Shown: one piece after another, positions 8,682 to 17,561 of the stretch
Layout: every line of letters starts with the position of its first letter
Numbering within the stretch: position 1 is the first letter of the stretch
NCBI GenBank assembly: GCA_003153935.1
Contig: PMCA01000017.1
Location: forward strand, 72,107 to 136,106
From: Elusimicrobiota bacterium
Lineage (GTDB): Bacteria; CAYTYR01; UBA6262
DNA length: 64,000 nt
Direction of reading: 5' to 3'
Translations under genes and position numbers: made by a program
Notes under the pieces: generated by a model
What the model was told of the DNA's origin: nothing
The model's database searches: none
What the model saw: the letters and a program-made list of their open reading frames with translations, nothing else

Positions 8682-10877
8682 ATGGTAAAAAAAGCAGAAA
8701 AAAAAGATGATGATATTAAAAAGAAACCCAAGGCGAAGCCGGTAAAAAAGAGCGAGACCGCGGCCAAACCGGAAAAGAAAGCTAAAGCGGCGGTGGCTAA
8801 ACCCAAAGAGACCAAGAAACCCAAAAAAGCCGCTAAACCCGCAATCGCGGAGACAGTGCCTGCAACTATAACCCCGGTGGAAAAAAAGCCGGCCAAACCC
8901 AGAGCCAAAAAAGAAGCGACTAAAGCGGAGCCCGTTGTTTTTAAAGAACCAAAGATCGCCGCCAAAGTCGAACCAAAACCGGCGCCTAAAATAGAACCTA
9001 AGCCCCAGCCCATAGCGGAAGTTAAACCAGCCCCAGTGGTAAAACCGCCTGTAACCGCAGCGGTGGAACATCCCAAGGCAGCAGCACCGACGCCGCTACC
9101 CCGTGAAAAAATTAAAATATCCCAGATCGTTACCGTAAGCGAATTAGCGGAAAAATTAAAGATAAAACCGGGAGAACTCATAAAGAAACTGATGCAGATC
9201 AAGATCCTGGCCACCATCAACCAGCGCTTGGATCCCGCTACCGTTTCCCTGATCGCGGAAGATTACAATTTTGAGGCGGAGATAGTTCCTCTGTATGGCG
9301 ATGAGATCCTGGCCAAGGAAGAAGAAAAAGATAACCCGGCCGACCTGGTTTCGCGTCCGCCCGTTGTGACCATCATGGGTCATGTGGACCATGGCAAGAC
9401 CTCACTCCTGGATGCTATTCGGGAAACCAATGTGGCCGGTGGGGAAGCCGGAGGCATTACCCAGCATATCGGCGCCTATAAGGTCAGGCTGCCCAAAGGG
9501 GAAGTAGTTTTCCTCGATACGCCAGGCCATGAGGCTTTCACCGCGATGCGCGCGCGCGGCGCGCAGGCGACGGATATAGTGGTGCTGGTAGTAGCGGCCG
9601 ATGACGGGGTTATGCCTCAGACCGTGGAAGCTATCAATCATGCCAAAGCTGCCGGAGTGCCAATTGTGGTGGCGGTAAATAAGATGGACCTGCCGGGCGC
9701 CAACGTGCAGAGGATCAAGCAGGAGTTAGCCGGTTACGACCTGGCCAGTGAAGACTGGGGCGGCAAGACTATTTTCGTCGAAGTCTCCGCCAGGAATAAG
9801 ACCGGCCTGGAGAAACTGCTGGAAATGATCCTGCTGGAAGCGGAAATGATGGAGCTGAAAGCCAATCCTAAGACCAGGGCCAAAGGCGTGGTCGTGGAAG
9901 CCAAGCTGGATCGCGGCCGCGGGCCGGTGGCCACCTTGCTGGTGCAAAAAGGGACCTTGCGTCCCGGCGAAGTTTTTGTGGCGGGGCAGATGTACGGCAA
10001 AGTGCGGGCCATGCTTGATGATAAACTGCAAAAAGTGGAGGCCGCGGGGCCGGCTACGCCGGTGGAGGTCCTGGGTTTAAGCGGCTTGCCGCAGGCCGGG
10101 GACAATTTCCAGGTAGTCGCGGATGAACGGGAAGGCCGCCATATATCTGGCATGCGTCAGGAGATCAAGAGAATCGAAGAATTAACCCTGGGCAAACACA
10201 AGATCAGCCTGGATGAATTATACCAGCAGATCAAGGACGGCAAGATAAAAGAACTTAAAGTGATCATCAAAGCGGACGTACAAGGCTCGGCGGAGGCGCT
10301 GAAGGAATCCCTGTACAAATTATCCAACAAAGAGATCAAGATCAACGTGATCCATAGCGGTATCGGTGGCATAACGGAAAGCGATGTGATCCTGGCCAGT
10401 ATTTCCAACGCCATCATCATCGGGTTTAACGTCCGGCCGCAGGCGGCTGTTGAAGCGCTGGTAGAGAAAGAGAAAGTGGATATGCGTCTCTACCGCATTA
10501 TCTATGAAGTGATCGATGACGTCAAGAAAGCCCTGGAAGGCATGCTCGAACCGGAGTTCAAAGAGGTACGCCTGGGACGGGCGGAAGTCAGACAGGTGTT
10601 CAAACTGCCCAAAGGCGGTTTTATTGGCGGCAGTTATGTTCTGGACGGCCAGATCACCCGCACCGCTAATGTGCGGCTGGTCAGGGATAACGTAGTGATA
10701 TTCGAAGGCAAGCTGGCTTCCCTGCGCCGTTTCAAAGATGATGTTAAGGAAGTGGCCACTGGCTTCGAGTGCGGTATAGGCCTGGAAAATTTCAATGACC
10801 TGAAAGTTAGCGATATTATCGAGGCCTACAAACTGGATAGGGTGGCTCGCACCCTGGAACAGGCCAACCAGACGTAA
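8682..10877 (+). CDS. infB: translation initiation factor IF-2
   Basis: K/A/P-rich low-complexity N-terminus, then a G-domain ([21 protein letters not shown]) and the IF-2 C-terminal domains. Confidence 0.95.
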   Translation: MVKKAEKKDDDIKKKPKAKPVKKSETAAKPEKKAKAAVAKPKETKKPKKAAKPAIAETVPATITPVEKKPAKPRAKKEATKAEPVVFKEPKIAAKVEPKPAPKIEPKPQPIAEVKPAPVVKPPVTAAVEHPKAAAPTPLPREKIKISQIVTVSELAEKLKIKPGELIKKLMQIKILATINQRLDPATVSLIAEDYNFEAEIVPLYGDEILAKEEEKDNPADLVSRPPVVTIMGHVDHGKTSLLDAIRETNVAGGEAGGITQHIGAYKVRLPKGEVVFLDTPGHEAFTAMRARGAQATDIVVLVVAADDGVMPQTVEAINHAKAAGVPIVVAVNKMDLPGANVQRIKQELAGYDLASEDWGGKTIFVEVSARNKTGLEKLLEMILLEAEMMELKANPKTRAKGVVVEAKLDRGRGPVATLLVQKGTLRPGEVFVAGQMYGKVRAMLDDKLQKVEAAGPATPVEVLGLSGLPQAGDNFQVVADEREGRHISGMRQEIKRIEELTLGKHKISLDELYQQIKDGKIKELKVIIKADVQGSAEALKESLYKLSNKEIKINVIHSGIGGITESDVILASISNAIIIGFNVRPQAAVEALVEKEKVDMRLYRIIYEVIDDVKKALEGMLEPEFKEVRLGRAEVRQVFKLPKGGFIGGSYVLDGQITRTANVRLVRDNVVIFEGKLASLRRFKDDVKEVATGFECGIGLENFNDLKVSDIIEAYKLDRVARTLEQANQT

Positions 10878-10896
10878 TTAATTTCGGGGTAATTTT

Positions 10897-11292
10897 ATGA
10901 ACAGAAGAGTGGAACGCGTAGCCGAGTTGATCAAGAGGGAGACCGGCAAAATACTCATTGAAGATTTCAAGAATATGGAAGTGGGTTTTATCACGGTGAC
11001 TGACGTGACCCTGACGCCGGACTTGAAGCTTGCCCGGATATTCGTCAGTGTGCTCGGCCCGCCGGAGAAACAGAAACAGAGCCTGAAGATATTGCAGGAA
11101 TCGACGCCGTTCTTCCGCAAGGAGATCGGCCAGCGAATCCAGCTCCGGTTCGTGCCCGAGGTGCGTTTTGAATATGACCCCTCGGTGGAAAAAGCGGTGC
11201 GGGTGTTCGAGCTACTGGATAAGATAAAAAAGGAAGAAGAGAAAAATGCGGCAAAAAGTGATCAAGGAAATACTGGCGGCGATACAGAGTAG
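10897..11292 (+). CDS. rbfA: ribosome-binding factor A
   Basis: RbfA family sequence and conserved position after infB. Confidence 0.85.
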   Translation: MNRRVERVAELIKRETGKILIEDFKNMEVGFITVTDVTLTPDLKLARIFVSVLGPPEKQKQSLKILQESTPFFRKEIGQRIQLRFVPEVRFEYDPSVEKAVRVFELLDKIKKEEEKNAAKSDQGNTGGDTE

Positions 11293-12217
11293 CCAGTCGT
11301 TTTTCCTGACCTCCCATATTAATCCAGACGGCGATTCCATCGCCTGTGAAACCGCCATGGCGCTGTTCCTGGAGCGCCTGGGCAAAAAGAAATATGTCAT
11401 CGCTAACCGCGATGGCGTGCCGGAGATATACAAGTTCCTGCCCAAGGCCGGCCGCATCATTAAAACCTCCCGGGTAAAAGGTTATTTTGACGTCGCTCTG
11501 ATCCTGGACGCCAGCGACCAGGAACGCAGTGGCAATATAATTGACTTGAAAAAGCAAGCCGGGAAAGTGATAGTCATCGATCATCATTTAAGCGCCGTTC
11601 CCTTTGGCGACCTGAACTACCTGGACCGTGAAAGCGCTTCCTGCGCCGAACAGGTATATAACCTGATTATGGCCAAGTTCGGCGAAGTAACCAAAGCTGA
11701 AGCCATTTCGATCTATGCCGGCATTGTAACCGAAACCAATAAATTCCAGGAGGCCAATACCAACCCGGCCGCCTTACGCACAGCCGCTTTATTAGTGGAA
11801 GCGGGGGTTATACCGACCGCTATATGCAAGCAGATCTATGAACAGAACTGCCTGGAGCAGATCAAGCTGTTGGGTGAGGTCCTGTCAGGGGTGGAGTTAA
11901 AGCTGGGTGGTAAAGTCGCCGCATTAACGGTCACCAGGAAAATTTTGCGGGAAACCGGGGCGACCCTGGAACACTGCGAAGGCACTATTAATTTCGCCCG
12001 CTCGATCAAAGGGGTCAGGGTGGCGGTGCTCTTCCGGGAACAGGATGACGGATTCAAGATCAGCCTCCGCTCCAAGGATGATACTAACGTCAACCAGGTC
12101 GCGGTAAAATTCGGCGGCGGCGGACACCAGCGGGCGGCGGGCTTTTTCCTGCGGGGCAGCGGCGCCGCAGTGCGGAAAAAAGTTCTAGCGGAAATTAAAA
12201 CCATATTAAATAAATGA
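11246..12217 (+). CDS. nrnA: DHH/DHHA1 phosphoesterase (NrnA-like bifunctional oligoribonuclease/pAp phosphatase)
   Basis: DHH motifs (HINPDGDSIA, DHH at ...VIVIDHH...) and the GGGH motif of DHHA1. Occupies the slot usually taken by truB. Confidence 0.75.
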   Translation: MRQKVIKEILAAIQSSQSFFLTSHINPDGDSIACETAMALFLERLGKKKYVIANRDGVPEIYKFLPKAGRIIKTSRVKGYFDVALILDASDQERSGNIIDLKKQAGKVIVIDHHLSAVPFGDLNYLDRESASCAEQVYNLIMAKFGEVTKAEAISIYAGIVTETNKFQEANTNPAALRTAALLVEAGVIPTAICKQIYEQNCLEQIKLLGEVLSGVELKLGGKVAALTVTRKILRETGATLEHCEGTINFARSIKGVRVAVLFREQDDGFKISLRSKDDTNVNQVAVKFGGGGHQRAAGFFLRGSGAAVRKKVLAEIKTILNK

Positions 12218-13143
12218 ACGCCTATTATAGCTTGAAACAAATGAAAAAGTTTAAACTGCCGGTAGTGGTCCTGGGCACCTTTGATGGTGTTCATATCGGC
12301 CACCGGGAATTGATCCGGACCGCAGTGAAACGGGCCGCCCAGCTGTCCGGTAGCTGCCTGGTCCTGACCTTTGACCATATTCCCCGGGAAATATTGAAAA
12401 AAAATGTTTATGACGTTTTGCTGACCTCCCTGGCGGAAAAAGTGCGCTTGATCGGAGCCCTGGGAGTGGACGCTATCCTGGTCATGAAATTCAACCGTCA
12501 ACTGGCCCGCCAGGCGCCCGGAGATTTTGTCCGCAATGTCCTGGTAAAGGGTTTAGGCGTTAAGTTGCTGGTAGTCGGGGAGAATTACCGTTTTGGCGCG
12601 GGGCAGGCCGGCGGAGTGGAGCAATTGAAGGCGCTAGGACGGAAATTCGGGTTCCAGGTACTGATCGTGCCGAACCGGCAGGTGCGGGGTAGGAAAGTGT
12701 CCAGCACTTGGATCCGGGAGTTATTACAGCAGGGCCAGATCGCCGCCGCCAACAAACTGCTGGGCCGGAGGTTCAGCGTAGCCGGGACCGTGAGCAAAGG
12801 GAGACATTTTGGTACCAGTATCGGTTTCCCGACCGCCAACCTGCGTCTGGACCGGAGAATGTTGCTGCCGTCTGGCGTGTTTGCCGCCATGGTTACCGTC
12901 GCCGGACGAAGGTACCGGGCGGTGGTAAATATCGGGTTGCGGCCTTCGATCCGGGAGACCCGTAAAGAGCGGCTGGTAGAAGCTTTTATCTTCGGTTTCC
13001 ATAAAATGATCTATAAGCAGGCCCTGGTAATAGAAATGGTCAGAAGAATACGCGCCGAGAGGTTTTTCGCCGATAAAAAGCAGCTGGCGGCCCAGATCGC
13101 CCGGGATGCGGACCGGGCCCGGCAAATCCTGCGCCGCGCATAA
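12214..13143 (+). CDS. ribF: bifunctional riboflavin kinase / FMN adenylyltransferase
   Basis: N-terminal FAD synthetase region (VVVLGTFDGVHIGH) and C-terminal riboflavin kinase. ATGA overlap with nrnA. Confidence 0.85.
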   Translation: MNAYYSLKQMKKFKLPVVVLGTFDGVHIGHRELIRTAVKRAAQLSGSCLVLTFDHIPREILKKNVYDVLLTSLAEKVRLIGALGVDAILVMKFNRQLARQAPGDFVRNVLVKGLGVKLLVVGENYRFGAGQAGGVEQLKALGRKFGFQVLIVPNRQVRGRKVSSTWIRELLQQGQIAAANKLLGRRFSVAGTVSKGRHFGTSIGFPTANLRLDRRMLLPSGVFAAMVTVAGRRYRAVVNIGLRPSIRETRKERLVEAFIFGFHKMIYKQALVIEMVRRIRAERFFADKKQLAAQIARDADRARQILRRA

Positions 13144-13230
13144 TTATACTTGTATTTTAACGCGATTTATGCTAAACTTTAAAATTGTATCCGTGAGTAT
13201 ACTAAGTAACTTCAGAGAGGAGCAAAGAAA

Positions 13231-13500
13231 ATGGTTTTAACCAAGGAACGCAAGCAAGCGGTAATCTCGAATTTCAAGAAAAACGAGAAAGACACGGGCT
13301 CGGCCGAAGTGCAGATCGCCCTGATCACGGAAAGGATCAACCAGCTGACCGGGCATTTCAAGGCGCATAAGAAAGACCATCATTCCCGGCAGGGACTGCT
13401 GAAACTGGTAGGACAGAGAAGGCGTTTACTGAATTACCTCAAGAAGTACGATTTGGCTAAGTATCGCGCGATCCTGGATAAACTGGATCTGCGTAAATAG
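13231..13500 (+). CDS. rpsO: 30S ribosomal protein S15
   Basis: 89 aa, highly conserved S15 sequence ([35 protein letters not shown]). Confidence 0.95.
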   Translation: MVLTKERKQAVISNFKKNEKDTGSAEVQIALITERINQLTGHFKAHKKDHHSRQGLLKLVGQRRRLLNYLKKYDLAKYRAILDKLDLRK

Positions 13501-13530
13501 TAACATAGTCGGAAAGGATTTTAAACAGAG

Positions 13531-15618
13531 ATGAATAAGAAAACAGTAAGTATGGAATTGAACGGCAAAACACTGAAATTTGAAACGGGTGAGTGGGCCA
13601 AGCAGGCTCAGGGTTCGGTAGTAGCTTCCTTCGCTGAAACGGTAGTGTTGGCGGCGGTGGGCGTAGCCGCCCAACCCAAAGAAAACCAGGACTTCTTCCC
13701 TTTAACGGTAGATTACCGCGAGCGGACCGCTGCGGCGGGAAAGATACCCGGGGGATTTTTTAAACGGGAGGGCAGACCGAGAGAGAAAGAGATACTGACC
13801 TCGCGTTTGATCGACCGGCCGATCCGGCCGCTGTTCCCCGAAGGATTCCGTAATGAGATCCAGATCAACGTGACCCTGTTGTCGACCGATACGCAAAACG
13901 ATCCGGATGTGGTCGCCATTTGCGCCAGTTCGCTGGCGCTGGGTTTGACCGGCGTTCCTTTTTCGCACCTGGTCGCAGCGGTAAGGGTCGGCAAAGTAGA
14001 AGGGCAATTGGTAGTTAATCCGACCATGGACGAGCTGAAGAACAGTCCCTTTGACGTGGTCGTGGCGGGTACCAAGGACGCCGTAACCATGATCGAAGGC
14101 GGCGCCAACCAGGTTAGCGAAGAAGAGATACTGGAAGCAATACTTTTAGGTCATAAAACCATTAAAGATATAATTAAGATAGAAGCGGAATTGATCGCGC
14201 AGGCGGGTGTTAAAAAGAAAGAATATCCCATTGCCGTCATTGATCCCGCATTAACCGCAGAAGTAGAAAAATTCGCGGCTGGGTTTATCAAGGAGATCGT
14301 CCAGGTCACCGAGAAAAAAGCCCGGGAAGAGGTCCAGGATAAGAGAATTGCTGAAACTCAGGCGAATTTCCTGGAAAAATATCCGGAACAGGCCGGTGTG
14401 ATCAAGCAGGTATTTGACAAGATGCTGGAGAAAGAGATCAGGCGCCTGATACTGGAAGAGCATAAACGCCTGGACGGACGGGGTTTTGACGACATCCGGC
14501 CGATCAGCGGCCAGGTCGGTATTCTGCCGCGCACTCACGGCTCAGCGCTCTTCACCCGCGGGCAAACACAAGCATTGGTAACCACCACCCTGGGCACCAT
14601 GGATGACCGCCAGATCATGGATGAACTGGAAGGCGAGTACAAGAAGAAATTCATGCTGCACTATAATTTCCCTTCTTTTGCCACCGGTGAAGTAAAACCG
14701 AACCGCGGACCCGGACGCCGCGAGATAGGGCACGGCGCTTTAGCGGAAAGATCGCTCTCGCCCGTACTGCCCGGAGAAGAAAAATTCCCCTATACGATCA
14801 GGATCGTTTCCGATATTCTTGAATCCAACGGTTCGTCCTCGATGGCCAGTGTTTGCGGCGGCTGTCTCTCCCTGATGGACGCGGGCGTACCCTTAGCTCA
14901 TCCAGTTGCCGGTATTTCCATCGGGCTGGTGCTGGAAAATGGCAAGTTCGCCACTTTTACGGATATCAGCGGGCACGAGGACCATTACGGCGACATGGAT
15001 TTCAAAGTAGCCGGAACTGTGGACGGGATAACCGCGATCCAGTTAGATATTAAAACCGAAGGTTTAAGTCACGACATACTGGTAGAGGCGTTGACCAAGG
15101 CCAAGGCCGGCCGTTTGTTCATATTGGGCAAAATGGCCGAAGTCCTGCCGGAAAGCCGCCCGAATATCTCCAGCTTCGCACCTAAGATCGCCATTATCCA
15201 GATCGATACCGACAAGATCAAGAACGTTATCGGCCCTGGCGGCAAGGTGATAAAGAAGATCATCGAGGACACGAAAGCCGAGATAGATATTGAAGATGAC
15301 GGCAAGGTTTTTGTTTCCGGTCCCAACCAGGCGTCAGTCGACGCGGCTTTGGAAATGATCGGCTACCTGACGGCGGACGCGGAGATCGGGCGCAACTATA
15401 AAGGCAAGGTCACCCGCCTGATGAATTTTGGCGCGTTCGTGGAGATCATACCCGGCAAGGAAGGCCTGGTGCATATATCGCAGTTAGCCGAAGGCCGGAC
15501 TGAAAAAGTTGAAGACGTAGTCAAGGAAGGCGATGAGATCGAAGTGAAAGTAGTGGAAATCGATTCTCAGGGCCGTATCAATCTCAGCCGCAAGGCCGTG
15601 TTGCGGGAGAAAAGATAA
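13531..15618 (+). CDS. pnp: polyribonucleotide nucleotidyltransferase (PNPase)
   Basis: Two RNase PH domains, a KH domain and a C-terminal S1 domain. Conserved rpsO-pnp synteny. Confidence 0.95.
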   Translation: MNKKTVSMELNGKTLKFETGEWAKQAQGSVVASFAETVVLAAVGVAAQPKENQDFFPLTVDYRERTAAAGKIPGGFFKREGRPREKEILTSRLIDRPIRPLFPEGFRNEIQINVTLLSTDTQNDPDVVAICASSLALGLTGVPFSHLVAAVRVGKVEGQLVVNPTMDELKNSPFDVVVAGTKDAVTMIEGGANQVSEEEILEAILLGHKTIKDIIKIEAELIAQAGVKKKEYPIAVIDPALTAEVEKFAAGFIKEIVQVTEKKAREEVQDKRIAETQANFLEKYPEQAGVIKQVFDKMLEKEIRRLILEEHKRLDGRGFDDIRPISGQVGILPRTHGSALFTRGQTQALVTTTLGTMDDRQIMDELEGEYKKKFMLHYNFPSFATGEVKPNRGPGRREIGHGALAERSLSPVLPGEEKFPYTIRIVSDILESNGSSSMASVCGGCLSLMDAGVPLAHPVAGISIGLVLENGKFATFTDISGHEDHYGDMDFKVAGTVDGITAIQLDIKTEGLSHDILVEALTKAKAGRLFILGKMAEVLPESRPNISSFAPKIAIIQIDTDKIKNVIGPGGKVIKKIIEDTKAEIDIEDDGKVFVSGPNQASVDAALEMIGYLTADAEIGRNYKGKVTRLMNFGAFVEIIPGKEGLVHISQLAEGRTEKVEDVVKEGDEIEVKVVEIDSQGRINLSRKAVLREKR

Positions 15619-15633
15619 AGGAGCGTCTTAAAC

Positions 15634-16080
15634 GTGACCGAAGAGGATTTGAAGGAAATAAAAAAGATCTTTAAGTTCATGGTTAAGGAAGACCTGGTGG
15701 AACTGGACGTGCAGGATAAGGATTACAAGCTTAAACTGCGCCGTAAGGAAACCCGGGCCCATACCTCCGCCGCGCCTCTGGTCGTAGACCTGGAACCGGC
15801 GTCTCGGACCAAGGAAAACGGCGAGAAAATTATCGACGGGGCCGTCAAAATAACGGCGCCTTTGGGAGGCGTGTTCTATCGCTCGCCCGCGCCCGGCGCT
15901 GACTCTTTTGTGACCGAGGAAGAAGAGGTCAAGAAAGGCCAGACCCTCTGTATTATCGAGGCTATGAAAATGATGAACGAGATCCAGTCGGAAGTCAGCG
16001 GCAAACTGGTGAAGATCGTTCCGGAGAACGGTAAGAGGGTGGATGCCGGAGAAACGCTTTTCCTGGTGATACCGGCGTAA
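15634..16080 (+). CDS. accB: biotin carboxyl carrier protein (AccB-like)
   Basis: Biotinyl-lysine motif CIIEAMKMMNEI and an AccB-like N-terminal region. GTG start with the RBS AAAGGAG. No accC gene adjacent. Confidence 0.7.
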   Translation: MTEEDLKEIKKIFKFMVKEDLVELDVQDKDYKLKLRRKETRAHTSAAPLVVDLEPASRTKENGEKIIDGAVKITAPLGGVFYRSPAPGADSFVTEEEEVKKGQTLCIIEAMKMMNEIQSEVSGKLVKIVPENGKRVDAGETLFLVIPA

Positions 16081-16096
16081 CAAAATTATTTTTTTC

Positions 16097-16125
16097 TTGA
16101 CAAATATAGGGAATGCTTGATAGAA
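16097..16125 (+). promoter_or_regulatory. candidate promoter (TTGACA -35 at 16097-16102) for the wHTH-spoVG operon
   Basis: Consensus -35 hexamer with a weak -10-like ATAGAA about 17 nt downstream. Located 25-50 nt upstream of the RBS AGGAGGTGA. Confidence 0.35.
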
Positions 16126-16148
16126 GAAATAAACAGGAGGTGATTAGT

Positions 16149-16346
16149 ATGATAGAGAAAATCGGCGATATCGCTGGTAAAATTTACCAGTATCTGGAAA
16201 AGAACGGCGAAACCTCGGTGCTTAAGCTCAAGACCAGTTTAAAGAGCTCCAACAGCCTGGTTTGCATGGGGATCGGCTGGCTGGCCCGCGAAGATAAAGT
16301 CAGTGTCAAAGACGCCAAGAAAGATGTAAAAGTTTCCTTGAAGTAG
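16149..16346 (+). CDS. small winged-helix DNA-binding protein (DUF2582-like)
   Basis: 65 aa starting MIEKIGDIAGKIYQYLEKNGETSV..., with a strong SD (AGGAGGTGA) 8 nt upstream of the ATG at 16149. The tracked ORF starts earlier at TTG, which is probably not used. Confidence 0.6.
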   Translation: MIEKIGDIAGKIYQYLEKNGETSVLKLKTSLKSSNSLVCMGIGWLAREDKVSVKDAKKDVKVSLK

Positions 16347-16370
16347 ATTCAATCATAGTTGGGGGTTGAA

Positions 16371-16667
16371 ATGGCAGAGGAAAAATCTTTCGTGATCACG
16401 GGTGTAAAGATAAAGAAAGTGAAAAAAGAAGGCAACCTGAAAGCCTGGGCCACCATCACTATCAATGACAGTATCGTGATGCGTGATATCCGCGTGTTGA
16501 ACGGCGAGAAGGGCCTCTTTATCGGCATGCCCGGCAGAAAGAGAAGCGACGGTAAATACAGCGACACCGTTTACATCAAAAACACTGAGATCAAGGAAGA
16601 TATAAATAAGGCGATCCTGGAAAAATACGATACTACTTCGGATTCCGACCTGACCGACGAATTTTAA
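16371..16667 (+). CDS. spoVG: septation / nucleic-acid-binding regulator SpoVG
   Basis: HDIRV..G.KGLFIGMPGRKRSDGKY.D matches the SpoVG core. Start set at the ATG at 16371, preceded by GGGGG. Confidence 0.8.
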   Translation: MAEEKSFVITGVKIKKVKKEGNLKAWATITINDSIVMRDIRVLNGEKGLFIGMPGRKRSDGKYSDTVYIKNTEIKEDINKAILEKYDTTSDSDLTDEF

Positions 16668-16696
16668 GTTCTAATAATTTAGTATTATATTAAGAA

Positions 16697-16729
16697 ACAG
16701 CCATAATTTATTATGGTTGTTTTTTTTTG
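16697..16729 (+). terminator. rho-independent terminator after spoVG
   Basis: 10-bp stem AACAGCCATAA/TTATGGTTGT with a 4-nt loop, followed by T9. Confidence 0.8.
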
Positions 16730-16757
16730 GCGTTTATGATAAGATATTTACTACTTT

Positions 16758-17561
16758 ATGACCATTTTTCAGGCGATAATTTTAGGCATAGTGCAAGGCG
16801 CAGGAGAATTCCTGCCGGTTTCCAGTTCGGGACACCTGGTGGCCCTGCCGCAGATCCTGGGCTGGGAAGACCCGGGACTGGTTTTTGATATTGCCCTCCA
16901 TTGGGGCACCCTGATCGCTGTCCTGGTGTACTTCTGGCGGGATTGGGTGCTGCTGGTACGCAGCGGCCTGACGGGCGCCAAGAATCTGGAAGGTAAGATG
17001 TTCTGGTATCTGCTGGTAGCTACGTTGCCCGGAGCCGGTTTGGGTTATTTGCTGGAGCATGCGGTGGAGAACCAGTTCCGCAATATCCTGCTGGTCGGGA
17101 TAGCCTTGATAGTGATGGGCGCGATCTTGTACGCGGCTGACCGTTTCGGTAATAAGAGCGTATCTTTTGCCCAGATCAATTTCCGTCAAAGTTTAGCCAT
17201 CGGTTTCAGCCAGGCCCTGGCGATAATTCCCGGGGTGTCCAGGTCGGGAGCGACTATCAGCTGCGCCAGGATGTTGGGCATCGACCGGGTCAGCGCGGCG
17301 CGTTTTTCTTTCCTGCTATCCACTCCCATCATCCTCGGATCGGCGGCCTTACCCCTGCGCAAAATAATGCACCAGGGATTTCACTTTCCTCTGGAGCCTT
17401 TTATCGCGGGTATAGTTACTGCCGCTCTGGTCGGTTTGGTAAGCATCAGATTTCTCTTGAACTACCTGAAAAGATCCGATTTGCGCATTTTTGTCTGGTA
17501 TCGTTTCTTGTTTGGCGGCATGTTAATATTATTTTATTTTCTTAGCAAGAAGGGGATATAG
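16758..17561 (+). CDS. uppP: undecaprenyl-diphosphate phosphatase
   Basis: N-terminal GIVQGAGEFLPVSSSGHL and the PGVSRSGATI motif, in a polytopic membrane protein. Confidence 0.9.
   Translation: MTIFQAIILGIVQGAGEFLPVSSSGHLVALPQILGWEDPGLVFDIALHWGTLIAVLVYFWRDWVLLVRSGLTGAKNLEGKMFWYLLVATLPGAGLGYLLEHAVENQFRNILLVGIALIVMGAILYAADRFGNKSVSFAQINFRQSLAIGFSQALAIIPGVSRSGATISCARMLGIDRVSAARFSFLLSTPIILGSAALPLRKIMHQGFHFPLEPFIAGIVTAALVGLVSIRFLLNYLKRSDLRIFVWYRFLFGGMLILFYFLSKKGI

Noticed and set aside
8268-9220. Long minus-strand ORFs (267 and 235 aa) overlapping the 5' third of infB
   Set aside because: They are antisense to the Lys/Ala/Pro-rich low-complexity N-terminal region of IF-2. The repetitive GC-rich codons create open frames on the opposite strand. 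There are no start or RBS signals, and infB is unambiguous.
12724-13125. 133-aa minus-strand ORF inside ribF
   Set aside because: It is antisense to the conserved riboflavin kinase domain and has no independent signals. It is an artefact of GC-rich coding sequence.
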